Assembly (NCBI GenBank): GCA_963720435.1 | Contig: CAVRFR010000005.1 | Span: 45,748 to 109,747 of the forward strand | Source: an uncultured Actinomycetota bacterium | Lineage (GTDB): Bacteria; Actinomycetota; Actinomycetes; Propionibacteriales; Nocardioidaceae | Direction: 5' to 3' | DNA: 64,000 nt | Part shown: piece by piece, positions 18,688 through 27,807 of the stretch | Layout: every line of letters begins with the position of its first letter | How positions within the stretch are numbered: position 1 is the stretch's first letter | Translations under genes and position numbers: made by a program | The notes under the pieces: model-generated | What the model was told of the DNA's origin: nothing | Seen by the model: the letters and a program-made list of their open reading frames with translations, nothing else | The model's database searches: none

Positions 18688-19266
18688 GTGGCACTCGGCC
18701 GGAGGCATGTGCGAGACGCCGCGGCGTTGAAGGCGTTGGCCCACCCGCTGCGGGTGTCGCTGCTGGCCGCGCTGGTCACCGAGGGACCGATGACCGCCAG
18801 CCAAGCAGCTGCCCGTGTCGACGACTCGCCCTCGAACTGCTCGTGGCACCTGCGCAAGCTCGCCGAGCACGGCTTCGTGCGCGAGGCGCGCGGCGGCACG
18901 GGCCGCAACCGGCCCTGGCAGGCCGTCAGCGAGGGGCTGTCGTGGGGTGACGACGCAGAGGGAGAGGCGGACCCCGCCACCGAGCTGGCGGCTGACGCCC
19001 TCACCGACGTGCTCGTGGAGCGGGAGCTGCAGCGGCTGCGGGCTGCTCGCGCGTCTCGGGACCGCGAGCCCGCCGAGTGGCGCGAGTCGTCCGGGGTGAG
19101 CCACACCCAGCTCTGGCTGACCGCCGACGAGGCCAGTGAGGTTCGCGCCTCGCTGGGCGCGCTGCTGCGGACCCACATCGAGCGCGCCGCCTCGCCGGAG
19201 CTTCGTCCCGCCGGCGCCCGGCTGGTCTCACTCGTGGGCTGGCTGGTCCCCTCCGGCCCGCAATAG
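18688..19266 (+). CDS. ArsR-like winged-helix transcriptional regulator
   Basis: ALKALAHPLR, PMTASQAA, SNCSWHLRKLAEHGFV, RNRPW. Confidence 0.88.
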   Translation: MALGRRHVRDAAALKALAHPLRVSLLAALVTEGPMTASQAAARVDDSPSNCSWHLRKLAEHGFVREARGGTGRNRPWQAVSEGLSWGDDAEGEADPATELAADALTDVLVERELQRLRAARASRDREPAEWRESSGVSHTQLWLTADEASEVRASLGALLRTHIERAASPELRPAGARLVSLVGWLVPSGPQ

Positions 19267-22200
19267 GTCGGCGTTGTCCGGCCTGGTCAAGAAGCCCATC
19301 TTCATCTCCGGGTCGCCGATCCGCTCCGCGGTGTCTCGCAGCGTCGCCTGCGCGGCCGCCAGCACGCCGGGGGCACGTGGGTCCTGCGCTGCCTCCAGCA
19401 CCTGCCAGCAGGTGGTCAGCACGACCGTCGGTCGGACCAGGCTCTCGAGCGCCGCGGCGTCGAGGTGGTCCAGCACCGGCTCCACGAGCCGTACGGCGTC
19501 GCTCACCCGGCCCAACGCCAGGGCCGCAGCCGCGCGACCGACCTGGGCCTCACGCACCACCGCCTCGGCCTCCACGCTCTGCAGCGACTCCTCGCTGAGG
19601 GCGAAGGTCGCCATCGCAGCAGAGGGCTGGGCGTTCACGAGCTGTGCGTAGCCGAGAGCCAGCTGTGCGTGCCCGCGCTCCATGGCCGACGTTGCGAGCT
19701 CGCCCGCCTCGTCGGCCTGCTGGGCGAAGTCGAGAGCGGTCTCGTCGTCGCCCCTGCTGAGGGCCAAGATGGCCAGGCGCGTGAGTGCCTCGGTCTCGTG
19801 GGTGCGCGACTCCACCTCGCGACCCAGGTGCAGCGCCTCGCGGTAGAGCTCATCGGCGGAGTCCCAGTCGCCGACGTCCGCCGAGATCATGCCGAGGACG
19901 ACCAGGCTGACGGTGGTGGCCTCCCGGTCCGCGAGCGCCCGGCTGTGCTCGATCGACTCGGCCGCCCAGCGTCGTGCCGTCGCGAGCTCCCCCTGGCTGC
20001 GGGCGATCGTCGCGAGGTTGCCCACCACGATCGACTCGCGGTAGCGGTGGCCGGAACGACGAAACAGCGGGAGCACCGCCTCGAGGGTGGCGCGCGCCTC
20101 GTCGATGCGACCGAGGTTGAACAGCGTCGTCGCCTGCTGCCCGAGCGCCGTGCCCTCCCCCTCGGCGTCCCCCGCCGAGGCGAACACCTTCCTCGCCTGC
20201 GCGACGAGCTCGAGCGCGCGCGAGTAGTCGCCCTCGTTGTTGGTGAGCATCGAAAGGTAGCGAAGGGCCTCGGCCTCCACCCGTGGTGTCTGCGCGACGC
20301 GAGCCTCGTCGAGTGCGCGTTCGAGCGCGATGCGTGCCTCGTCGGTCTCCTCGTGCCAGACCAGCGCCTTGCCCTGCCACAGGTGTGCCTGCGCGAGCTC
20401 GCCGGGCAGGTCGCCCGCCTGCGCGGCATCGGCTGCCTGCTGCGCCCAGTCCCCCGCCTCGTCGTACCTGCTCAGCACGAAGCAGGCACGCGAGCGCGCG
20501 ATCCGGTAGTTCGCCAGCCGGGCCACGTCGTCGAAGCGCTCGCTGAGCTCGCCCATCTCGGTGAGGTCGAGCTGCTGCGCGTCGCGCTCACCCACGCGGT
20601 CGTGCATCTCCTCGCGGATCGTGAGCACGTCGAACCGGAAGACCGGGTCGTCGCTCACCTGCGCGAGAGCGCGGCCGAGCAGCTGGTCGGCCTCCGCGAG
20701 GGCGTAGACGGACAGCGCCTGCCGGCCCGCGCGCAGGTACCACTCGCCGGCGCTCGGGTCCCCCGCGCGGTCGAAGTGCTCGGCGATCAGCGCGGCGTAC
20801 TCGTCCTGCCGGCCGCTGCGTGCGCTCACCTCCGAGAGCCAAGAGGCGGCGCGCGCGTGGTAGCGCTGCCGGTGCTTGCGCAGCACCCCGTCGTAGGCGA
20901 CGTCGCGCAGCAGGGCGTGCTTGAAGAGGAACTCGCGCGCCGAGTCGAAGGAGGAGACCTCTCGCTCGAAGACCAGCTCCCGGCTGCGGAGCCCGTCGAG
21001 CGTCTCGGCGACGTCGTCGCCGGCCTCCGAGGCCGCCAGGCTGTCGACGGCCTCGTCCCAGAACACCCGGCCGACGACCGAGGCGCGCTGCAGCAGCCCG
21101 CGCTCCTCGGTGGAGAGCGCATCGAGCCGTGCCTGCAGGACGCCGCGCAACGTCGAGGGGACCAGCACCGAGCCCACGAGGTCACGCTCGACGCGCCAGG
21201 CCGGCTCGTCCTTGATGATCACGCCGGCGTCGATCAGCCAGGTGACGAGCTCCTCGATGTAGAACGGGTTGCCCTCTGCCGACCCGATGACGAGGTCGAC
21301 GAGCTCGGCCGGCGGGTCCTCGACATGCTGCAGCAGCTGCTGGAGCAGCAACCGGCTCTCCCGGCGCGACAGCGTGTCGAGCGGGAGCCGGACGTGGTGC
21401 TCGAGACCCTCACCCCATCGGGGCCGCTCCTCGAAAAGCGAAGGCCGCGTGGTCGCGACGATGAGCACGCGGGCGTCGGACAAGAAGGCGTGGGCGGCAT
21501 CGAGCCACCGCAGCGAGCCGTCGTCTGCCCAGTGCAGGTCCTCGAGGAGTACGACGACCGGGTTGCGCGTGCTCAGCCGGGCGAGATATCCGGCCAGCGC
21601 CTCGGTGGCGGCGTTGCGCAGCACCATCGGGTCGCGAAGCGTCCCGTCGTCGGGGGAGCCGGGGTCGTCGATGTCGAAGGCCAACCAGCTGCCGACGAGC
21701 CTCGCCGCGCGGCGAGCGTCCTCCGGGTCGTCGTCGGTGACCGCCCAAGCTGCGACGAACCCGTCCTCGAGCTTGCCTCGCACCGCCTCGGCCGAGTCGC
21801 TGTCCGCGATCGCGAGCCGGCTCGAGACCAGGTCGCGCAGCAGTCCGTTCGCGCGGTTCTGCCCGGTGTGCGCGGCGCGGCCGCGGAACCAGTAGACGCG
21901 CTGCGGGCTCTCGGCCAACCAGGAGTCGAACTCCAGCAGCAGCCGCGACTTGCCCACGCCCGCCTCTCCGACGACCGTGACCAGCTTCCAGTGGCCCTCC
22001 TCGACCACGTCCCAGAGCCGCTCCTGCAGGAACCGCATCTCGATCTCACGGCCGACCGTCGTGGTCTCGATGCCCTCGACCCCGCGCGACCGGTCGAGCT
22101 GGAAGACGTGCGGGCGCTCGTTGACGACCAGGTAGGCGACCACGGGCTCGTCGATGCCCTTGAGGATCAGGCCCTCGCGGCGCTCCATGCTGAACCGGCC

Positions 22201-22848
22201 ACGGATCTGCCGGTGGGTGTCCTCGGAGATCAAGATGCCGCCGTGCGGGGCGGCCCCCTCCAGCCTGCTGGCCCGGTTGACGGTCTGGCCGACGACGACG
22301 AACTCGCTGCCGCCGCGGTCGCCGAGCGTGCTGACGACGACGTCGCCGGTGTCGACGCCGACCCGCATCTGCAGCTTGACGCCGCGGTAGCGCTGCTCCA
22401 GCTCGGTGTTGAGCTCGGCGAGCTCGCCCACCATCGCCAGCGCCGAGCGGACGGCGCGCTGGGCGTCGTCCTCCCACGACTGCCGCAGCCCGAAGACCGC
22501 CATCACGGCGTCCCCGATGAACTTCTCCACCACGCCGCCGTGCTCCTCGATGACCCGCAGCCACCGCGTGAAGTAGGCGTCGATGACGTTGCGGGTGTCC
22601 TCCGCGTCGAGCCATGCGGACATGTCGGTGAAGCCGACCAGGTCGGCGAAGACCACGCTGACCATCCGTCGCTGCTCGCCGGTGGCCTGGTTGACCAGGA
22701 CGCTGCGCCGCTGCTGGAGGGGGACCAGTGCGGTGTCGACGACCGCGTCGCCGAGCACGGCCCGCTGCGCCTCGAGAGCCGTGATGGCATGCTCCAGCGC
22801 CGCGAGGTCGTCCCCCTCCGGCTGCGCGCCCGCGCCGCTGCCTGTCAT
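19228..22848 (-). CDS. Class III adenylate/guanylate cyclase - STAND (AAA) ATPase - TPR protein
   Basis: FADLVGFT, EKFIGDAV, VNRASRL cyclase motifs; Walker A GEAGVGKS, Walker B LLEDLHWAD, GNPFYIEEL, FKHALLRDVAY; helical TPR-like C-terminus; intact ORF of about 1200 aa. Confidence 0.92.
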   Translation of the reverse strand: MTGSGAGAQPEGDDLAALEHAITALEAQRAVLGDAVVDTALVPLQQRRSVLVNQATGEQRRMVSVVFADLVGFTDMSAWLDAEDTRNVIDAYFTRWLRVIEEHGGVVEKFIGDAVMAVFGLRQSWEDDAQRAVRSALAMVGELAELNTELEQRYRGVKLQMRVGVDTGDVVVSTLGDRGGSEFVVVGQTVNRASRLEGAAPHGGILISEDTHRQIRGRFSMERREGLILKGIDEPVVAYLVVNERPHVFQLDRSRGVEGIETTTVGREIEMRFLQERLWDVVEEGHWKLVTVVGEAGVGKSRLLLEFDSWLAESPQRVYWFRGRAAHTGQNRANGLLRDLVSSRLAIADSDSAEAVRGKLEDGFVAAWAVTDDDPEDARRAARLVGSWLAFDIDDPGSPDDGTLRDPMVLRNAATEALAGYLARLSTRNPVVVLLEDLHWADDGSLRWLDAAHAFLSDARVLIVATTRPSLFEERPRWGEGLEHHVRLPLDTLSRRESRLLLQQLLQHVEDPPAELVDLVIGSAEGNPFYIEELVTWLIDAGVIIKDEPAWRVERDLVGSVLVPSTLRGVLQARLDALSTEERGLLQRASVVGRVFWDEAVDSLAASEAGDDVAETLDGLRSRELVFEREVSSFDSAREFLFKHALLRDVAYDGVLRKHRQRYHARAASWLSEVSARSGRQDEYAALIAEHFDRAGDPSAGEWYLRAGRQALSVYALAEADQLLGRALAQVSDDPVFRFDVLTIREEMHDRVGERDAQQLDLTEMGELSERFDDVARLANYRIARSRACFVLSRYDEAGDWAQQAADAAQAGDLPGELAQAHLWQGKALVWHEETDEARIALERALDEARVAQTPRVEAEALRYLSMLTNNEGDYSRALELVAQARKVFASAGDAEGEGTALGQQATTLFNLGRIDEARATLEAVLPLFRRSGHRYRESIVVGNLATIARSQGELATARRWAAESIEHSRALADREATTVSLVVLGMISADVGDWDSADELYREALHLGREVESRTHETEALTRLAILALSRGDDETALDFAQQADEAGELATSAMERGHAQLALGYAQLVNAQPSAAMATFALSEESLQSVEAEAVVREAQVGRAAAALALGRVSDAVRLVEPVLDHLDAAALESLVRPTVVLTTCWQVLEAAQDPRAPGVLAAAQATLRDTAERIGDPEMKMGFLTRPDNADLLRAGGDQPAHE

Positions 22849-23006
22849 CGGCCCCACCGTATTCGGTCACCGGGCAGGTGGTCCCTTGAACCATTCGCGG
22901 CAACCCTTGTCAGCCATTCACAGCGGCCGGTGTCTCCGGTTGAATGAGGGCGCCGGGGGCGACCGGGTGGGCCGCACGGCAGGTTGAGCGACGAGGGGAG
23001 CACATC

Positions 23007-24020
23007 ATGCGGATCGAGGCGACGGCGACGTCGATGTCGTGGATCCCGTCGGAGTCGGTGTGGAGCGGGATGCGCCGCGCGTTCGAGATGGGCCTGGCCC
23101 ACTGGGACGAGCCGCTGCCCGACGAGATCACCGGGACCGACCAGATCCGGGAGCTGTGCGCGCAGGACCGGATCCGGTTCGCCAACGTGCTGACGGCGTG
23201 GGCCGAGGTCGACGACGGCAAGATCACCTCGGCGGGTGTCACCGACGACTCCGGTCTGGTGATGGGGTCGACCACGATCCGGATCGCCAAGGTGGGCGCG
23301 ACGTTCAAGGCGGTCTCGCTGCCGATGCTGCGCCCGGAGCCGGAGCACGAAGGCAACGCGGTGACGTTCCTGCAGACGGTCGGCGGGCGCACGGGCGCCC
23401 CGCTGCCGCGGCCGGTGAAGCGCAAGCCGTTCGTGCAGTGGTTCGCCCCGACCGTGTGGACCACGCTGTCGCTCACGTTGCGTGCTGATGGCTCCAGCGA
23501 CGTCCAGCTCGCCGGCGCGAGCACGTTCCCCCGTCACTGGGTGTACGGCGCCGACGGCAAGCTCGCCTACAAGAGCGGGCTGACCGACGAGGAGCACTGG
23601 CTCAACGAGTCGTTCGGGCAGCGCACCCCGTGGGGCGACCAGGACACCCCGGCCCTGGTCGTGGCCGTCGAGTCCGAGCTCGAGCGTCAGATGTCGACCG
23701 ACATCATGCACGGCGGCGACGTCCCGGAGGTGCGACGGATCAAGGAGGGCGCGGCGCTCACCAAGCAGGGCGAGCCCGGTGACGAGCTGTTCCTTGTCCT
23801 CGACGGTGTGGTCTCCGTCGACGTCGACGGCAACTCGCTCGGCGAGGTCGGGCCGGGCGCGATCCTCGGCGAGCGCGCGCTGCTCGAGGGCGGCGTCCGC
23901 ACCTCGACGCTGACCGCGGTGACGCCGGTCCGGGTGGCCGCTGCTCGAGGCGACACGGTCGACCTCGACAAGCTCCGCGAGCTGTCCCTCTCGCACCGGC
24001 GCGAGGAGCAGCTGGGCTAG
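23007..24020 (+). CDS. Cyclic-nucleotide-binding domain protein with an unassigned N-terminal domain
   Basis: C-terminal QGEPGDELFLVLDGVVSV...GERALLEGGVRTSTL cNMP cassette; GAGGGGAG RBS before ATG 23007. Confidence 0.88.
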   Translation: MRIEATATSMSWIPSESVWSGMRRAFEMGLAHWDEPLPDEITGTDQIRELCAQDRIRFANVLTAWAEVDDGKITSAGVTDDSGLVMGSTTIRIAKVGATFKAVSLPMLRPEPEHEGNAVTFLQTVGGRTGAPLPRPVKRKPFVQWFAPTVWTTLSLTLRADGSSDVQLAGASTFPRHWVYGADGKLAYKSGLTDEEHWLNESFGQRTPWGDQDTPALVVAVESELERQMSTDIMHGGDVPEVRRIKEGAALTKQGEPGDELFLVLDGVVSVDVDGNSLGEVGPGAILGERALLEGGVRTSTLTAVTPVRVAAARGDTVDLDKLRELSLSHRREEQLG

Positions 24021-24792
24021 CGCTTGCGGGCGGCTCGTTTCGCGGCTCGCTTCTTGGCCCGCTGCCGCTTCTCCTCGGCCTCGAGCTGCGGCGGCCTCCT
24101 CCATGGTCGGCGCGCTGCCGCCGTACGACGCGGGGAGCCACCAGCTGCCCGGGGGCTGCTCGTCGGCGGGGTAGGCGCGGATCGTCTCGTCGAGCAGCGT
24201 GGCCATCCGGACCTTGAGCTCGGCGGTGTCCGCGATCGGGCTGTCACCGGTCGGGTGCAGCGGCTCGCCGACCGAGATCGCGATCGTCTTGCCGCGCGAG
24301 AAGTCCTGCGTCGTGGTCCTTGGTCTTGAGTCGCTGGGTGCCCCACAGGACCACCGGCACCAGCGGCACGCCGGCCTCGGCGGCCATCCGCGCGGCCCCG
24401 GTCTTGAACTCCTTGAGCTCGAAGCTGCGCGAGATCGTCGCCTCCGGGAAGATCCCGACCACCTCGCCCATGCGCAGGAAGCGCACCCCCTCGTCGTAGG
24501 ACCCGAGGCCGTCGGCGCGGTCGACGGAGATGTGGTGCAGCGACCGCATCAGCGGGCCCGTCCACCGGTGGTCGAACAGCTCGCGCTTGGCCATGAAGCG
24601 CACCAGCCGCTTCGACGGCTGCGCCGCGAAGCCGCCCAGCACGAAGTCGACGTAGGAGATGTGGTTCACCGCGAGCAGGGCACCGCCGGAGCGCGGGATG
24701 TGCTCGGTGCCACGCAGCTGGAACCGCAGGCCGAGCACCCGGAAGGCCAGCTTCGCCGTGACGATGATCGGCGGGTAGGTGATGTCGCGCAT
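24017..24792 (-). CDS. Lysophospholipid acyltransferase, PlsC-like (frameshifted)
   Basis: NHISYVD (HxxxxD), FMAKREL, IFPEATIS, FKTGAAR; basic tail. Confidence 0.88.
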
Positions 24793-24799
24793 GCGCTCC

Positions 24800-25772
24800 T
24801 CAGCCACGTCGCACTGCGACGTCGACCAGCTCGGCCATCAGCGCACCGAGGTCGAGGCCGGCGGCGGTCACCGACAGCGGCACCGTCGAGGTCTCGGTCA
24901 GCCCCGGCGCCACGTTGACCTCGAGGAACCACACCTCGCCGTCGGCGTCGACGATCAGGTCGGAGCGCGACAGGTCGCGCAGGCCGAGCGCCTGGTGCGC
25001 CGTCGACCGCGACCCGGGCGCAGGCCGTCGGCCACCTCGTCGGAGAGCTTCGCGGGCACCATGAACTCCGTGCTGCCGGCGGTGTAGCGCGCGGTGTAGT
25101 CGTAGACCCCGCCGTCGGGCTCGATCGAGACCGCGGGCAGGGCGCCGCGGGCCGTCGCCGGTGTCGATGACCGGGACCGCGACCTCGTCGCCCTCGACGA
25201 GCCGCTCGACGAGGGCGGTGTCGCCGTAGGCGAAGGCGCCCACCATCGCGCCCGGCGAGCGCGCCGGCCTCCCGCACGACCGTGCACCCGAGCGCCGAGC
25301 CGCCGCGGGCGGGCTTCACGATCAGCGGCAGCCCGATGCGCGCCACCATCGCCTCCATGACGGCCGCCGCGCCGAGCTCGCGGAACGTCTCGTGCGGCAG
25401 CGTCACGCCCTCGGGGGTGCGGATGCCGTGACGGCGCGACGACCTCCTTGGCCACCGGCTTGTCGAACGCCGACCGGCAGGCCGCCGGGCGCGAGCCGAC
25501 GTAGGGCAGGTCCGAGCAGCTCGAGCACCTCGCGGACCGCGCCGTCCTCGCCGGACTCGCCGTGCAGCAGCGGCACCACGCAGTCGGGCCGGTCGTCGCG
25601 CAGCAGCCGCAGCAGGTCGCCGTCCACGTCGCGCACGTCGACCTCGGTGCCGTGCTCGCGCAGCGCCTCGGCGACCCGTCGCCCGGAGCGCAGCGAGACG
25701 TCCCGCTCGTGGGACAGGCCGCCGGCCAGCACCACCACGCGGTGCGATCCGCGCTCGCTCGGGGCGCTCGAT
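24800..25772 (-). CDS. D-Ala-D-Ala ligase family ATP-grasp enzyme (several frameshifts; start approximate)
   Basis: VLAGGLSHERDVSLRSG, LHGESGEDG, KPARGGSALG, YDYTARY, LEVNVAPGLT. Confidence 0.85.
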
Positions 25773-27115
25773 CGTCAGGTCCGTCGTGTCGGGCCGTCGT
25801 AGCGGGCGATCTCGCGCTGGTTCTCGCGGTGGCGCGACGCCGGCGCCGAACGTCTCGCGCAGCTCCAGCTCCTCCTCGATCACGCCGACCAGCCGGCGCA
25901 CGCCCTCGCGGATGCGCTCCGGTGTCGGGTAGCAGTAGGACAGCCGCATGCTCTGCGCACCGAAGCCGTCGGCGAAGAAGGCCGTGCCGGGCACGTACGC
26001 GACCCGCGCGGTGACCGCGCGCGGCAGCATCGCCTTCGCGTCGAGACCCGGCGGGCAGCGTCAGCCAGACGTAGAAGCCGCCCGTCGGGCACGTTCCACC
26101 GCGCGGCCGCGCGGCATCATGTCGTGCGAGCGCGCTCGACCATCGCGTCGCGCCGCTCGCGGTACATCTCGCGGAACTGCTTGACCTGCCCCAGCCAGTC
26201 GTGGGTCTCGAGGTAGGCCGAGACCGCCAGCTGGCGAGAACGACGGCGGGCACAGCGTCGCGGACTCCTGGGCGAGCACCAGCTTCTCGCGGACGGCGTG
26301 CGGGGCGAGCGCCCAGCCGACCCGGAAGCCGGGCGCGAACGTCTTGGAGAACGAGCCGAGGTAGATCACGCCGTCCGCCTCGTCGGCGCGCAGCGCGCGG
26401 TAGGGCTCCTCGTCGAAGCCGAGCAGCCCGTAGGGGTTGTCCTCGAGCACCAGCACGTCGGCCTCGCGGCAGATCTCGAGGATCTCCGGGCGGCGCTCCG
26501 CGGACAGCGTCACGCCGGCGGGGTTGTGGTAGTTCGGGATCGTGTAGACGAACTTGATCCGGCGGCCGCTGGCGCCTGCACCTGCGCGATCGCCTCGCGC
26601 AGCGCCGACGGGACCAGGCCGTGCTCGTCCATCTCCACGTGCACGACGTCGACCTCGTAGGCCTTGAAGACGCCGAGCGCTCCGACGTACGACGGGGCCT
26701 CGCAGATCACCACGTCGCCGGGGTCGCAGAAGATCCGGGTGACCAGGTCGACGGCCTGCTGCGAGCCGACCGTGACCACGACGTCGTCGGGGTGCGCCTC
26801 GATGCCCTCGAGCCGCATCACGTCGCAGATCTGCTCGCGCAGCCGGGGGTCGCCCTGACCGGAGCCGTACTGCATCGCGACGTTGCCCTTGTTGCGCACC
26901 AGGTCGCCGATCGCGTCGCCGACCACGTCGAGCGGGAGCCCGGAGATGTTCGGCATGCCACCGGCGAGCGAGACGACCTCGGGGCGGCTGGCCACCGAGA
27001 ACAGCGCGCGGATCTCCGAGGCCGTCATGCCCTGGGTGCGCGCGGCGTAGCGGTCGACGTAGCTGTCGAGCCGGGTGCTCCCGGGCCGTCGCGCAGGTGG
27101 GTGGTCGTCGGGCAT
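25770..27115 (-). CDS. PLP-dependent aminotransferase, class I/II (frameshifted)
   Basis: SEIRALF, SLAGGMP, GSQQAVDL, EDNPYG, GSFSKTFAPGFRVGW. Confidence 0.88.
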
Positions 27116-27131
27116 GTATCTAGGATGAGGC

Positions 27132-27807
27132 ATGGCCAGACGACTGGCGCGGCTGACCCTCGACAACCTCGCCGACCTGCCTGCGCCGTGCCGCTCGTGC
27201 ACCTTCTGGGAGCTCGACCCGGTCCGGCGTCAGCGGGCCGAGGACGCGGGCGACGGCGCGTCGCGAGAAGGAGGCCTGGGTCTCGCGGGTGCTGCTGGAG
27301 TGGGGCTCCTGCGGGCGGGTGGCGTACGTCGACGGCGAGCCGGCCGGGTACGTCCTCTACGCGCCGCCGCTCTTCTTGCCGGGCGCCGACGCGTTCCCGA
27401 CCTCGCCGGTCAGCGAGGACGCGGTGCTGCTGGCCACCGCGATGGTCGCTCCCGAGCACGCCGGCGGGGGCCTGGGCCGGGTGCTGATGCAGGCGGTGGT
27501 GAAGGACCTGCTCAAGCGCGGTGACATCACGGCGCTGGAGGCGTTCGGCGACAGCCGGGCCAGCGCCGACGTCAGTCACCTGGGCGGCTGCGTGCTGCCG
27601 GCGGACTACCTGCTCGGGGTCGGCTTCAAGACGCATCGACCGCATCTGCGCTACCCCCGGATGCGGCTCGAGCTGCGGTCGGCGGTGACCTGGCGCGATG
27701 AGGTGGAGAGCGCGCTGGAGCGGCTGCTCGGCGTCGTACGGCCCTCGCGGCAGCCGGCGCCGGGCTCGACGCAGCGCACCGGCTGGGACACCGGCCAAGC
27801 GCCCTAA
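27132..27807 (+). CDS. GNAT-family acetyltransferase, Rv3916c-like (frameshift near 27260)
   Basis: [50 protein letters not shown]; next to cwlM. Confidence 0.82.

Noticed and set aside
19465-22947. 1160-aa antisense ORF, and similar long antisense ORFs over gyrA, gyrB, dnaA and ino1
   Set aside because: Shadow ORFs expected from high-GC codon bias; no recognisable motifs
17557-24020. Mobile element origin for the accessory blocks (here and 53532-60436)
   Set aside because: No integrase, transposase, terminal repeats or obvious compositional shift seen
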